A stretch of DNA of 64,000 nucleotides from Escherichia phage OLB35, in sequence record MH992122.1. One strand, 5' to 3'. The stretch's first letter is position 1. Every line of letters begins with the position of its first letter. Of the stretch, positions 27,862 to 38,927 are shown in pieces. A program made the translations under genes and the position numbers. The notes under the pieces were generated by a model. The model did no database searches. It saw nothing but the letters and a program-made list of their open reading frames with translations, and was not told the DNA's origin.

Positions 27862-28263
27862 TTATAGATTCGGTTTATACGATTTAAATGTTTCGAATTC
27901 GCCTTTATTCATAAGAGCTTTGAATTCGTCAGGACGCATAGCTTTGTCGTCGATAATCCAATCATATACTGGTTTATGTGTTAGCAAATTATGGTACTTC
28001 AAGCCAATGTTTGCCAAGTTCTGAATCAGACTTGGGAGAATGTCAATTGCTATACGACCAGGACCTACTGACTTCATACCGCGAGCAGTGTAAAGCGTTA
28101 TGGTATGCCCTGCATCATACAGGGCATTAATGGCGGTCACCATTTCGACGTCTGGTTTGAAGTTCACATAATCACGATTGTTATTCCACTCTGTTATACA
28201 ATCATCGACATCAAAACAAAGATTAAGCATGTTTTCTACACGGTGCATTAGATTCGTTCCCAT
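27862..28263 (-). CDS. HAD-superfamily phosphatase (sugar-phosphate phosphatase-like)
   Basis: motif I FDVDDCIT, motif II TLYTARG, Lys and WIIDDKA; alternative ATG at 28246-28248 overlaps upstream stop (TAATG). Confidence 0.65.
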   Translation of the reverse strand: MGTNLMHRVENMLNLCFDVDDCITEWNNNRDYVNFKPDVEMVTAINALYDAGHTITLYTARGMKSVGPGRIAIDILPSLIQNLANIGLKYHNLLTHKPVYDWIIDDKAMRPDEFKALMNKGEFETFKSYKPNL

Positions 28264-29933
28264 TGATGAGTGATATCGCCACCGATTGGACGATAGGAAA
28301 CACCAGTTTCTTTATCAGTTAGTACCCATTTACCAGGATTTTTTGTAATCAGAGTAGCCGTTACAGGTTCTGCTACGTCATAACTAATAGAGCCGTCTTG
28401 AAGTACACGGCCCATGTTACGTAATTGCTTAGTTAGAAGTTCCATACCTTTATAATATGCGGCTACCGCTTTAAGTGGATTATTCTTGAAATAACCACCT
28501 AATGCAATCCAGATAATTGCCACTGCCAAATGATGATACTCGTTAAACGAACTCATCTTTCCATATTTGTAAACTAATGGATTGATGTTAATAGTCACAT
28601 TACAAGTTGTTTCATCAATAGTAAACTGGCCCCAGGTCGGATTAGCGTTGAATTCATCATAACCTGAAACAGCATAAAGCACTTTAGCTTCATCATACAA
28701 TTTTGGCCCGTAAATCTTGGTTTCACCAAAATATCCACGAGGGTCGATAAACTTGACTTCGCCGTTATCAGTAATCATAGTATTACTGAAGTTTGGGTCA
28801 CCGTGAATAACAGAGTACTGTCCCTGAGAACGGTTATGATAACGAATAAGGTGTTCTAAAGCTTGTTTCAGCATTGGCTTCAGCCGTCCAATCTTAGTGT
28901 AGTTCACATGTGTGATTTTACCAAATGAATCAATCAATGGTTGAATGCTTTCACAACGATCAATAACTTTCGTATAGAATTCTTTAGTGAAATCACGACG
29001 AACAGTTTCAGGACTTACAAAATAAGTGTCTGTGCTGAATTTCAGTGCATCTAAAATTGCATCAACAATTTGTGGACGAGCAAGACTTGATTTGGATTTA
29101 ATATATTCAAATGCTGGCTTACCTTTAATGCGTTCCATTTCAAAGTTATTTTCATTAACAGAAACTAACTGAGGAACTGAATCTGATTTCACTTTAAGAT
29201 ACCACGAAATCTCATCTTTCTGAAGAGCTCGTCCCTGTTCGGTTAATGCGAATTTAGTTACAGTTTCTTCACCAATTTCAACTGCATTAAAACTACGATT
29301 AAGTTCACGAACTTCATGAGCTTTTTCGAGTTTAGGCATATCACCTAAATCAATTAGATTCATAAGCTCTGATTTATTGAATGCACTGCCGTAAAGGAAT
29401 TCTACGAAATCACGCCCTTTGCAGTATTCATGAATTTCCTCATCAGTAGAACCCATATAGAATTCCCAGTCTTTGAACTGATAAATTCCTACAACATTAC
29501 CGCCTGTTGAACCTACGTTAGTGATATTTTCACCATCGAAATTATATCGACATTCATCACCCTTAACATAGATTGCGTTAACATTCCAAGACCATGAACC
29601 AAAATCAGGAATAATATCACACCAGTTAACAATTACGTTATGGCCATCTAAATCTTTGTATAATTTAGCAAGAGCATAAGCAGAACCATACGCTTCATCA
29701 ACTGTACGAATAGTCACATTGAACCCTTCTTGCTCACAATAAGCTCGAACAGTTTCAACAAATTTTGAATGAACTACTACAATAATTTCATCTGCACCAA
29801 GGTCAGAATAAATTGTATACAAATTGCTCAGAATAGTGTCTTGTTTATAGTTAACAAGCACCTTAGGAATATGGTGCGTTATTGGATACAAACGAGTTGC
29901 CAGTCCAGCACCAAGAATAACAGCTTTTTTCAT
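28248..29933 (-). CDS. bifunctional sugar-1-phosphate nucleotidyltransferase / anomeric sugar kinase (APH-like)
   Basis: 561 aa; N-terminal MKKAVILGAGLATRLYPITHHIPKVLV (NTP-transferase G-x-G-x-R-L); C-terminal ...IHGDPNFSNTMITDNGEVKFIDPRGYFG (kinase catalytic loop). Confidence 0.8.
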   Translation of the reverse strand: MKKAVILGAGLATRLYPITHHIPKVLVNYKQDTILSNLYTIYSDLGADEIIVVVHSKFVETVRAYCEQEGFNVTIRTVDEAYGSAYALAKLYKDLDGHNVIVNWCDIIPDFGSWSWNVNAIYVKGDECRYNFDGENITNVGSTGGNVVGIYQFKDWEFYMGSTDEEIHEYCKGRDFVEFLYGSAFNKSELMNLIDLGDMPKLEKAHEVRELNRSFNAVEIGEETVTKFALTEQGRALQKDEISWYLKVKSDSVPQLVSVNENNFEMERIKGKPAFEYIKSKSSLARPQIVDAILDALKFSTDTYFVSPETVRRDFTKEFYTKVIDRCESIQPLIDSFGKITHVNYTKIGRLKPMLKQALEHLIRYHNRSQGQYSVIHGDPNFSNTMITDNGEVKFIDPRGYFGETKIYGPKLYDEAKVLYAVSGYDEFNANPTWGQFTIDETTCNVTININPLVYKYGKMSSFNEYHHLAVAIIWIALGGYFKNNPLKAVAAYYKGMELLTKQLRNMGRVLQDGSISYDVAEPVTATLITKNPGKWVLTDKETGVSYRPIGGDITHQWERI

Positions 29934-30194
29934 GTTGTGGTCCTCATTGGTAAGTAGGTGTATTGTACACTATTCTAGTTAAAGCATTCATACTTTGCTT
30001 GTAGTCCAATCATAATCCATCCGATTATAAGAGTCGGAATCATTACTGGAGCCGTTAAGCTCCAGTAGATAGTCATGACAAGCATCAATAGTAAAAGTCC
30101 TATTGTTATTGCTTTCATTGCTCGCCTCGTAACATGGCACCTAGTGCACCACCAGGGTGGAACTTAAGGAAGATCATTAGAGGTAAATCCACGT

Positions 30195-30753
30195 TCAGAT
30201 GAAAGGTTGATAGCGAACGTATCGATAAGCGCTAACAACAATGTAGTGGACATGGTCGGAGCTAAAGAGATTCTCGTCGACCTCTACCGCGATGCCTGTA
30301 CAGAAAGAGTAATCAAAAAGGGCTTCATTTTCTTGCGGAATGTCCGGGTTACAATGCAACAGAATCTGTTTAACCTGAGGACGAATCATACGAAGATGTT
30401 TAGCAACACCTATCATTTCTTCGGTCTTACCAGAACGACTAATATGAATCAACACATCATTAGGCGCAATGAATCCTGCATCACCATGAGAATAATGCCC
30501 GGTGTTCAAATACATGCTAGGAATACCCAATGAAGCAAAATGTCTCGGAAGCTTTAGTTGCGATATTAGCGTTCTTACCGACACCTGTAATAATTACACG
30601 ACTTTCATAATTGCTCAGTCCTGGGCGACGAAGAGTTTCAAGAATAGCATTATATCGGGCAGGGTTTTTACTAATTACTTTAGCCATAGTAGCCAAAGAA
30701 GAAGCTTGTTTTACGATTGCGTCAATAGCGATAGTGATTGGTGTAGTTTTCAT
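30195..30753 (-). CDS. SIS-domain sugar-phosphate isomerase (GmhA/KdsD-like), frame broken at a homopolymer
   Basis: ORFs 30517-30753 (...ITGVGKNANIATKASETF) and 30195-30584 (...ASLGIPS...HGDAGFIAPNDVLIHISRSGKTEE) join into one SIS domain if one T is removed from the run at 30537-30540. Confidence 0.65.
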
Positions 30754-30793
30754 ATTTCTCTCATTTAATTAGTTTACCGTCCATGGCATTATA

Positions 30794-33531
30794 TCAAAAA
30801 TCAAACATATCGAACAGAGATGCTTTCTTCTCGTAATCGAGTTTAGCTGCTGTTGTGAATCCTTCAAGTGGTTTAATAAATGTCTTCTCAAGGAGAACAG
30901 TATAGTCCATCCAATGAAGTACATCATCTTTGATTAAATCGGTGATTTCCGTACCAGAAGGCCATGCGATACATTTATCACCGAACGGGTTTCCATCACG
31001 TAAAGGCAGAACATATACTTTTTCACCTTCTACAACTTGTGGAGCATCAATATTACCTTTGATAGCTCGGTTATATGTCAGAATTCCACGAATATGGAAC
31101 GGACATTTAGGACCAGGGAATCCACCAACGTCATATTTAGCAATGTTATTCGCAGAAGATACCGCCGCGATGCTAATATAATTCAATTGACGGAATTCTT
31201 TTTCAAACTCTTTAAAATATTCTTGTAATGATTCTTCACCTTCTTGAAGCATACGACGAATACATTCTTTAAGAGCTTTCTGTACTGCTTTAGGGGTCGA
31301 AGATTTCTGAGTCTCTAGACCCATGATTTTGAGTTTAGGCTCAGCGTATCTGGTTCCTTCCATATCCCACACGTTTAATGCATAACGTTTCTTACCAGTC
31401 CAGAATCCACCAATACCTTTAGAACCGAGCGGAGGACCAGCGATAGCTTCTCGGTCCATGAACATTAAGTGTTGTTTATTGTTCATGTATTCGCACATTT
31501 CACGGAAACCTCTATCAATAGCCGGTTCCATACGTTCACGTGCAAACTTATCTAAGAAGTCTACCCAATGGTTGGTATCACGGAATTTAGATTCACCGAC
31601 CTTATCAATAATTTTATCAGCAGATACGTAAATAGAGTCTGTATCACCGTAAAGAACGAAAGCTTCACCTTCTGTACCACAAACTTCGTTCAGATATTCA
31701 TTAACTTTACGTTCAATCCACTGTAAAGCCATTTGCCCAAATGTTGTGATTGCAGTAGCATTACGCAAATCATAATAACGGAACCAAACGTTGCCAAGTG
31801 CACCATAAAGCGAGTTGATGAGCAATTTACGGTTAATTTGTGCAGTCATACCTGCAACTTCAGTACGTTGAGCTCTAAACAACATTTCATTAAGAGATTT
31901 AGCAGACAACTTTTTAATCTTTTCTTTAATCTCATCGCTGAAGTCGAAACGATAATCAACATCTAATGGTTCGTCAACAGAAAGATTAGGATTATGTAAG
32001 GCTTCTTTAATTATTTCACCATTACGTTGAGCTGCAAGCATGTAACCTTTATGTTCTTTACGTTGATTAAAGACCTTAGTGATTTCAGTTGGAACTACAC
32101 CATCACGGTCTTTATAATACATCATGCCGTTAGGAGAGCAACTGTACACATCTGAAGGACGTTCAGCGATTGCGTTAATATAATCATGCAATGGAGCTAC
32201 TTTAAACGTTCCTGCTATTGTTTCTGGGCTAATATTCACTTGGCGAATAATACTTGGATACAGAGATGTAAGGTCGAAACTCATTACATATTTGTATCGA
32301 TTTGGAATAGGTTCCTTAACAAAAGCGCCAGGATAAGGTTGAACCTGGTGAGAACGACCTTGTGGAATCACCTTGTTCTGCTCTTTAAGGCTATTAAAAA
32401 TAATAACATCCCATGTTTTAATTGGGCTAAACACAGATTGAATCTGTATCTTAGCATAATAACCCATGTCCAAACTCAAGTTTATGAACTGGCGTTTAGC
32501 ATCAATTTGCAATACACGATACACGTCGATAATGTTATAAGAAATATATCGTTGGTGATTACTTTCACGAAGTTTAGAAATAGGACCGTCATATTTCAGT
32601 TTACCGACATTCAATTCAAATTCTGAAATGTAATCCAGAGAATACGACGGTTGGTTTGTGAAAGAGAATTTTTTGTAAAGGTCGATATAATCAAGAACAG
32701 AGATACCGAACAATGTAATGATTTCACGAGAACCGTACATGTTTTCAATAACTTTAACACGAGTCTTGCGATACTGCAAAAACCTAGATCATTGTCGGGT
32801 GGTGATAAACGTTTCGCAGTAGATTCGCCAAAAATATTCTTGATTCGGTTATACACATATGGAATATCAAATGACTCAACGTTCCATCCAGTCAAAATGA
32901 CAGGAGTTTTCTGTTGCCAGAAGTTGAGATATTCCATCAACAATTCTTTTTCGTTATCAAACGGCATATAAATGATTTTATCAATAATTTCGGATGGAAC
33001 TTCATCACCACCTTGTTCTTGAAGCTTAGCAGCGATTTCAATAGACCATTCTTCTACATTACCATATGGAGAATTCAATAGATCAAATACGTAGAACCTG
33101 TCGTCAATTGAGTCATAATGGGTGATAGCATCAATCGGATGTTTTGCTTGTGACGGCTCAGGGAACCCATCCGGAGATGTTACTTCGATGTCGAAGTTAG
33201 CCACACGAATTTTTGTATGGTCGTATTTGATTTCATAGTTATAAGTGTCAGACAAATACGCCAATTTGAAATCGTCCATACCTAATGCTTCAAGACCAAT
33301 ATCTTCCATGCGTTTAATCCATTGGGAGGCATCACGCATATTAGCGAACAACTTACGAGTACACGGCTTACCGTAGATATCGAAATATTTAGTAGCCTGA
33401 CTTTCTGGACAATGAGCAAACAATGATGGTTTATATTCTACTTCACGAGTACGTTCACGGCCATTAGAATCGATGTAACGTTCAAAAATTGAATCACCAA
33501 TCTGTTCAACCGTTAAGTAAAATTCTTTCAT
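30794..33531 (-). CDS. 43: DNA polymerase gp43 (family B), two overlapping frames
   Basis: ORF 32611-33531 (MKEFYLTVEQIGDSIFERYIDSNGRERTREVEY..., RB69-type N-terminus) and ORF 30794-32779 (...NMYGSREIITLFGISVLDY...YGDTDS...); frame break near 32771-32799. Confidence 0.9.
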
Positions 33532-33612
33532 TTAATTTCCTTTAGACGAGTTATTGTCTTTTGTTTGTTGATGAACTTATTATACTCCAAATGGGACCGA
33601 AGTCCCATTGCT

Positions 33613-33981
33613 TTAATTACCAATTGTGTATTTTGCTTTCAAAGTCCAGTCATCTTTCTGTTTAAAAGAGATAACACGGAAGTTATTAGTCAGGCCAAAC
33701 AGATCTTCACGAGCAGAGTCTTCAATAACAATCAATCCCCAGTCTTCAAGCAGCTGAGCAATCGAATCACGTCGCTGATAGTCTTCACCATCAATATCAA
33801 CCTGACGTCCGTCCATACGCAGCATTTCTTTAAAGTGGACGATGTAATATTTACCTTGCTTTTGGAGGATATGACAGGACTGATAAAGGACTTTATCTTT
33901 GTTATTAGCGATGCCCATACGGGTTAGAGTCTCTTTGACTTTCAGAAAATCTTCAGGGTTCTTCAATTTAATTTCAATCAT
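33613..33981 (-). CDS. regA: translational repressor RegA
   Basis: ORF trimmed to ATG at 33979-33981 (MIEIKLKNPEDFLKVKETLTRMGIANNKDKVLYQSCHIL...), near-identical to T4 RegA. Confidence 0.85.
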   Translation of the reverse strand: MIEIKLKNPEDFLKVKETLTRMGIANNKDKVLYQSCHILQKQGKYYIVHFKEMLRMDGRQVDIDGEDYQRRDSIAQLLEDWGLIVIEDSAREDLFGLTNNFRVISFKQKDDWTLKAKYTIGN

Positions 33982-33983
33982 TT

Positions 33984-34547
33984 TTACCATTCCAATGCTA
34001 ATTTTTTAAATTGTTTTTGTTCTTTTACGTTTTTAGTAACTTCTTTGAGAAATTCATCAGTGACCATGGCCTTCAGTTCTTTAAGGACTATTGGCAACTT
34101 GTTATTTTTTTCAAGGAGCCGCTTATACTCGGTAGCATCATTCATGTTGATTGTGTAATGTTTCATCAACAGTTTGATAACTAGTAACTCTGAAGTGTCT
34201 TCGACTAGTTTAGCCCATTTAGAGAATCGACGACCACGTGGAATTGCCGCCATCATATAGTTGAAGTGCGCTTCATCACTTAATTCAGAACCGACTAAGT
34301 TCATCATGTAAACGGCTGGCATACATTCTGGAAACTGTGATAATGAGTTCTCAACCATAAATTTTGAGTAGTCGACCTGAGCAATTGACATAGATTTCTT
34401 TTCATTAATAGCATTAATGATTTTAAAGAATTCATTCTCAGGTTTTTCTTTAAACATATCAGCACATTTTTGAATCGCATCAGCGTCATTAGACTTCCAT
34501 GCAATTTGGTGCTCGTTAAGCTGGACGTCATCATCGAATAAGTTCAT
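33984..34547 (-). CDS. 62: clamp loader small subunit gp62
   Basis: 187-aa ORF, T4 gp62 length and synteny. Confidence 0.88.
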   Translation of the reverse strand: MNLFDDDVQLNEHQIAWKSNDADAIQKCADMFKEKPENEFFKIINAINEKKSMSIAQVDYSKFMVENSLSQFPECMPAVYMMNLVGSELSDEAHFNYMMAAIPRGRRFSKWAKLVEDTSELLVIKLLMKHYTINMNDATEYKRLLEKNNKLPIVLKELKAMVTDEFLKEVTKNVKEQKQFKKLALEW

Positions 34548-34548
34548 A

Positions 34549-35511
34549 TTATTTCCAAGTCAGTTCGCAGGTCAGTTGAAGAAGCATATACATAACATGT
34601 AATTCAATATTACTTGCTAGTCCATGAAACTTATTATTTTCGCCTGCAATTTCGTAAAGCGAAATAATACTTTTACCAGGTGCAACTTGATCATAACATT
34701 CTGAAACTAATTTATCGATGAACCATGAATAATCTGCAGCATATTTTGGAGCTAATGCACGAAGTTGTTTGATATCTTTGTTCTTCATTGCTTCGATAAC
34801 ATCGGAGACTGTGCCACGGTCATTAGTTACGATAGACAGAATACCTGCATCAAGAACACCTTTAGACGAGTACTGGTCTAATTGGCCAATTGTACGACGA
34901 AAGTCTGGGAAGTTCTTTTTAACCAGAGCTGCAACAACTTTCATATCAGCGATTTCGATATTTTCGTTCTTACAGATTTCAACCATACGATGAATCATTT
35001 TCTTCATCATCGAGATTTTATCTTCTTCAGTCGGACGACCGAATTCGATAACTCGACAACGACTACGTAATGGTTCAATAATTCCATCAATATTGTTAGC
35101 AGTGATAATAATAGAGCAGTTACTAGAGAATTCTTCCATAAACGTACGAAGGTGACGTTGTGATTCGGCAAGGCCACTACGGTCAAATTCGTCAATAACA
35201 ATAACTTTAGGCTTGCCTTCCATTGAGACTGAACGAGCGAATGCAGTTAACGGACCACGCACAAAATCAATCTTACAATCAGAACCGTTGACGAACATCA
35301 TTTCGGCATTGATATCATTACATAATGCTTTTGCTACGGTTGTTTTACCTGTACCAGGAGAAGGAGAGTGCAAAATAATATGAGGAAGTTTTCCTTTAGA
35401 TACTAAAGACTTGAATATTTCATGGTCATACGCAGGCAGAATACATTCGTCAATGGAAGAAGGACGATATTTCTGTTCTAGAATGTGTTCTTTGGAATTG
35501 ATAGTAATCAT
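34549..35511 (-). CDS. 44: clamp loader large subunit gp44 (AAA+)
   Basis: 320-aa [30 protein letters not shown]...[10 protein letters not shown]... matches T4 gp44. Confidence 0.95.
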   Translation of the reverse strand: MITINSKEHILEQKYRPSSIDECILPAYDHEIFKSLVSKGKLPHIILHSPSPGTGKTTVAKALCNDINAEMMFVNGSDCKIDFVRGPLTAFARSVSMEGKPKVIVIDEFDRSGLAESQRHLRTFMEEFSSNCSIIITANNIDGIIEPLRSRCRVIEFGRPTEEDKISMMKKMIHRMVEICKNENIEIADMKVVAALVKKNFPDFRRTIGQLDQYSSKGVLDAGILSIVTNDRGTVSDVIEAMKNKDIKQLRALAPKYAADYSWFIDKLVSECYDQVAPGKSIISLYEIAGENNKFHGLASNIELHVMYMLLQLTCELTWK

Positions 35512-35586
35512 GTAATTTTCCTCATTATCATTAATCTGGAGGATTTCTCCTCCATAATCGTACTACATTAAACGTAAAGCTTTGAC

Positions 35587-36273
35587 TTAGAAGTCGTGAG
35601 TAGAATCGGCTTCCATTGCAATAACATAACTTACTTGAGAGCTTTCAAACTTGGCTGCAACTTTATCACCAGCTCCCCACAACATTACTTTATAGTTACC
35701 TGGCTGGATTTTCATATTAGCCATGTTGATTACGAAGTTAAAGTTGTTAGAACCATCATAATCGGTAAGAGTCAAAGAATACTTAGGACGAGTCAAGCCA
35801 GAATCTTCAACTTTATTGTAACCATTGATAACAATTTTACCATCTTTATTTGTAATAGCAATTGTATCAATCTGGAGACCACGTGAAACTCGAAGCAATT
35901 GTTGAAGGTCTTCAGCTTTAATTTCAGTAATCACAGAAGCCACCGGGAATTGAATTGGCTTATTAGGAAAAACAATGGTGCTCTTGTCGGCGGCAGGCCA
36001 ATAAACTGTGGAACGCGTATCGGCAATTTTAATATTGCCGTCAGTGTGCATTGAAATTTCAGCATCGTCAGACACTAGACTCAAAATGCTTAAGAAGCTA
36101 TTCAAATCATAAAGTGCTACGTCAAAATCAATTTCATCAGAGATATTTGCTTCCGCATAAGTAGTGCCATTAACTGCACGCGTCATAATAAATTTACCTT
36201 GACTCAGCAGAATACCGGAGTTAATAGAGGCAAAGTTTTTCAGAATAGCGATAGTATCTTTAGACAGTTTCAT
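35587..36273 (-). CDS. 45: sliding clamp gp45
   Basis: ORF trimmed to ATG at 36271-36273 (MKLSKDTIAILKNF...), 228 aa as in T4; AGGAAA RBS. Confidence 0.95.
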   Translation of the reverse strand: MKLSKDTIAILKNFASINSGILLSQGKFIMTRAVNGTTYAEANISDEIDFDVALYDLNSFLSILSLVSDDAEISMHTDGNIKIADTRSTVYWPAADKSTIVFPNKPIQFPVASVITEIKAEDLQQLLRVSRGLQIDTIAITNKDGKIVINGYNKVEDSGLTRPKYSLTLTDYDGSNNFNFVINMANMKIQPGNYKVMLWGAGDKVAAKFESSQVSYVIAMEADSTHDF

Positions 36274-36315
36274 TTTATTTCCTTTCAAGACAATTCAAAG
36301 TTTATAACAAATTTA

Positions 36316-36732
36316 TTATGCAGCGACCATCTGCTTTTTAATAGCTTCAGGTAGTGATTCAATATATTCTGGAATTTTAGAAGCAACAATTTCGCCAGCT
36401 GCAATTAATTGTTCGTCGGCATCAACACAGTAGAAATCTTCCAGACGCTCAGAACCATCTTTATCAAGAACGATTTTTCCACCAGCTTCAATAGAATCTT
36501 TATAGTGCTTACGCATCAGATGAATCCACATATCAGATACATCGTTATCAATAAAACCATAAATCATAAAACGAGTTTCTTGTGGCAAAGATTGAAGCTT
36601 TTTAGCACTTGCGTCATCACAATGCAGGACCCATGCTTTACGAACACGATTATGGTTATGCGGGTTAGCGTCAGTACGGATAGAAGTAACTTTCAGATCA
36701 GCAGCGGTAAAACCTTTAGCAGTAGTAAACAT
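36316..36732 (-). CDS. rpbA: RNA polymerase-binding protein RpbA
   Basis: 138-aa ORF downstream of 45, T4 synteny. Confidence 0.6.
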   Translation of the reverse strand: MFTTAKGFTAADLKVTSIRTDANPHNHNRVRKAWVLHCDDASAKKLQSLPQETRFMIYGFIDNDVSDMWIHLMRKHYKDSIEAGGKIVLDKDGSERLEDFYCVDADEQLIAAGEIVASKIPEYIESLPEAIKKQMVAA

Positions 36733-36744
36733 ATTATTTCTCTC

Positions 36745-36945
36745 TTATTCGTAGAAGTCAGTAACTGTCCATGCGGAATTGCGATTAGACATTATTTTAT
36801 TATACTCATCTTTAAAAGCAGATTTGAGCATTTGTTCAGTAACAATATGTTCTTCACCTGAAAACGTATTGGTCAAAACATATTTTTTAATTTCAGGGAC
36901 AACAAGAAGATGTTGTCCGGTTGAATACTCCATGTTGTTCTCCAT
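36745..36945 (-). CDS. hypothetical small protein (45.2 position)
   Basis: 66-aa ORF. Confidence 0.45.
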   Translation of the reverse strand: MENNMEYSTGQHLLVVPEIKKYVLTNTFSGEEHIVTEQMLKSAFKDEYNKIMSNRNSAWTVTDFYE

Positions 36946-36987
36946 TTAATTTGATGTGGTCATTATAACCACATCGTGTTAAAGCGT

Positions 36988-38676
36988 TTATGAAACAGTC
37001 ATTACAGTAAATCGTCCAACTTTACTCATCTGAAGATGTTGTCCATAACGTTGAGGGTCATGGTCTCGATGAGAGATAATGAACACGTTAGTATTTTGTA
37101 AACTTCCAAGAATGGTATCTATAGCCTTAACAGCTTCAGAATCTACAGCGCCGTCAAAAACCTCATCAAGAATCAACGTGTTGATTTTAACACCAGAAAC
37201 CTTTTCAGCAATATCTCGCCATGTAAACAACAATGCGATATCGATACGTGCCTTTTCACCTTGACTAAATGAAGCATAACTAAAATCTTCACGACCACGT
37301 GATTTTATAGATTCATTGAATTCTTCATCAATAGAAAACACGTAATCAGCTTCCATGATTTTAAGGTAATGGTTAATCTGCTTGTTGAACAGAGGCACAT
37401 ATTTTTTAATGATAGCACCTTTAATACCAGAATCTTTTAACATATCTGTGATAATACCACGATGGTATTTTTCAAGAACGATATCCGATTTTGTTTTAAT
37501 GATTTTATCAAGTTCTTTTTGAAGCAAAGCTATCTCATCGGCATGGTCGATAAATTCTGCCGAGGCTTGCTCTATTGCAGCTTTAACTTTCTTAGCTTTA
37601 TCAATAGTGGCAATCATTGCTTGTTTCTTGGTACGAATATCAGATGCAAGGTCCTGTTTAGTCTTAACATTAGCTCTATATTCGTCCACTAGGACACTCA
37701 GATTATCTCTGTGACAGGTAAGTTGCTCGAATGAGTGATTACATTCATGAAGCTTATCGGTAATCTTAGAGACAATAGGATCACCCTGGTGCAACTGTGA
37801 TGCACAAGTAGGACATGTACCGCCATCGTGATACATCTTAATAACTTTGTTATACGAGTCAATTTTAGATTTAATCAAGAATGCTTCTTGTCCGATCTTG
37901 TTGAATGCCTCAGTAGGGTCTTCGTCAAGAACGATATTAAGTAGTCGCTCATTAGCTTCTTCGATTTCTGCTTTTAATGAACGAGCTTCTTTGGCTAGGT
38001 CGTCATACATATTCTGTAGACGCGCTACATTATCGCCAGATAATTTCTTTTGACGTTCGATATTCTCGTTATAAATCTTAATTTGTTGGATAATACCATC
38101 TTTCTTGGCATCGAGAACTTGTCCCTGGGAATTAAGTTCTCGAACTTGAGACTTATTGATTTTATCCATTTCAGCGAGTGTTCCAACTTCTAATAAGTCT
38201 TCAACAAGCTTTCTGCGAGCAGGGGTGTTAAGAGCCATGAAAGGGGTATACCCTGCCGTCCCAAGCACAACGATCTGTTTAAAAGACGCGTATGACATTC
38301 CGATGCTACGTTCAAATTCTTCTTGGAAGTCACGACTGCTGGCAGATTCATCAAGACGAACACCGTCAACGGAGATTTCGAAAATATTGGGCTTTTGGCC
38401 ACGTTTAATGAAGTATTTTTTATCATCAAATTCCATCCAAAGCTCAACTAAGAGCTCTTTCTTGTTCGTGCTATTAATGATTTGTCCTTTCTTAACATCA
38501 CGAAATGGTTTACCGAAAAGTCCGAAAGTAATGGCTTCTAACATCGTAGATTTACCACCGCCATTTTTACCAGTGATTAATGTCTTTTGGACTTTATCTA
38601 ATTGGATATCAATAGGATTCCCACCTACCGACATGATGTTTTGATAACGAACACGATTTAATTTAAATGATTTCAT
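36988..38676 (-). CDS. 46: recombination endonuclease subunit gp46 (Rad50/SbcC-like ATPase)
   Basis: 562 aa; Walker A GKNGGGKST; matches T4 gp46. Confidence 0.95.
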   Translation of the reverse strand: MKSFKLNRVRYQNIMSVGGNPIDIQLDKVQKTLITGKNGGGKSTMLEAITFGLFGKPFRDVKKGQIINSTNKKELLVELWMEFDDKKYFIKRGQKPNIFEISVDGVRLDESASSRDFQEEFERSIGMSYASFKQIVVLGTAGYTPFMALNTPARRKLVEDLLEVGTLAEMDKINKSQVRELNSQGQVLDAKKDGIIQQIKIYNENIERQKKLSGDNVARLQNMYDDLAKEARSLKAEIEEANERLLNIVLDEDPTEAFNKIGQEAFLIKSKIDSYNKVIKMYHDGGTCPTCASQLHQGDPIVSKITDKLHECNHSFEQLTCHRDNLSVLVDEYRANVKTKQDLASDIRTKKQAMIATIDKAKKVKAAIEQASAEFIDHADEIALLQKELDKIIKTKSDIVLEKYHRGIITDMLKDSGIKGAIIKKYVPLFNKQINHYLKIMEADYVFSIDEEFNESIKSRGREDFSYASFSQGEKARIDIALLFTWRDIAEKVSGVKINTLILDEVFDGAVDSEAVKAIDTILGSLQNTNVFIISHRDHDPQRYGQHLQMSKVGRFTVMTVS

Positions 38677-38927
38677 ATGTATTCTCTTCGAATGAAGTCC
38701 TCTACATATTTTAACATGTCATCCCTATCAGCAAAATATTCATCTAGTTCTGCATACATAACAACACCTGGTGCGTACTCACAGGTAACATACATTGTTC
38801 CAAAGAAACGAGGAGTTGATTCCTCGTAATTCTCAGTCCATTCAACTATACCAATATAACCGTCACCAATACTAAATTCATGACGATGGATTTCATAATC
38901 AGTCTTCGTCATTATACGCATCCTCAA
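38673..38927 (-). CDS. hypothetical protein (46.1 position)
   Basis: 84-aa ORF overlapping gene 46 start. Confidence 0.45.
   Translation of the reverse strand: MRMRIMTKTDYEIHRHEFSIGDGYIGIVEWTENYEESTPRFFGTMYVTCEYAPGVVMYAELDEYFADRDDMLKYVEDFIRREYI

Noticed and set aside
32771-32799. Gene-60-style translational bypass inside gene 43
   Set aside because: No matching take-off/landing codon pair, and no stop codon directly after a candidate take-off codon in the upstream frame
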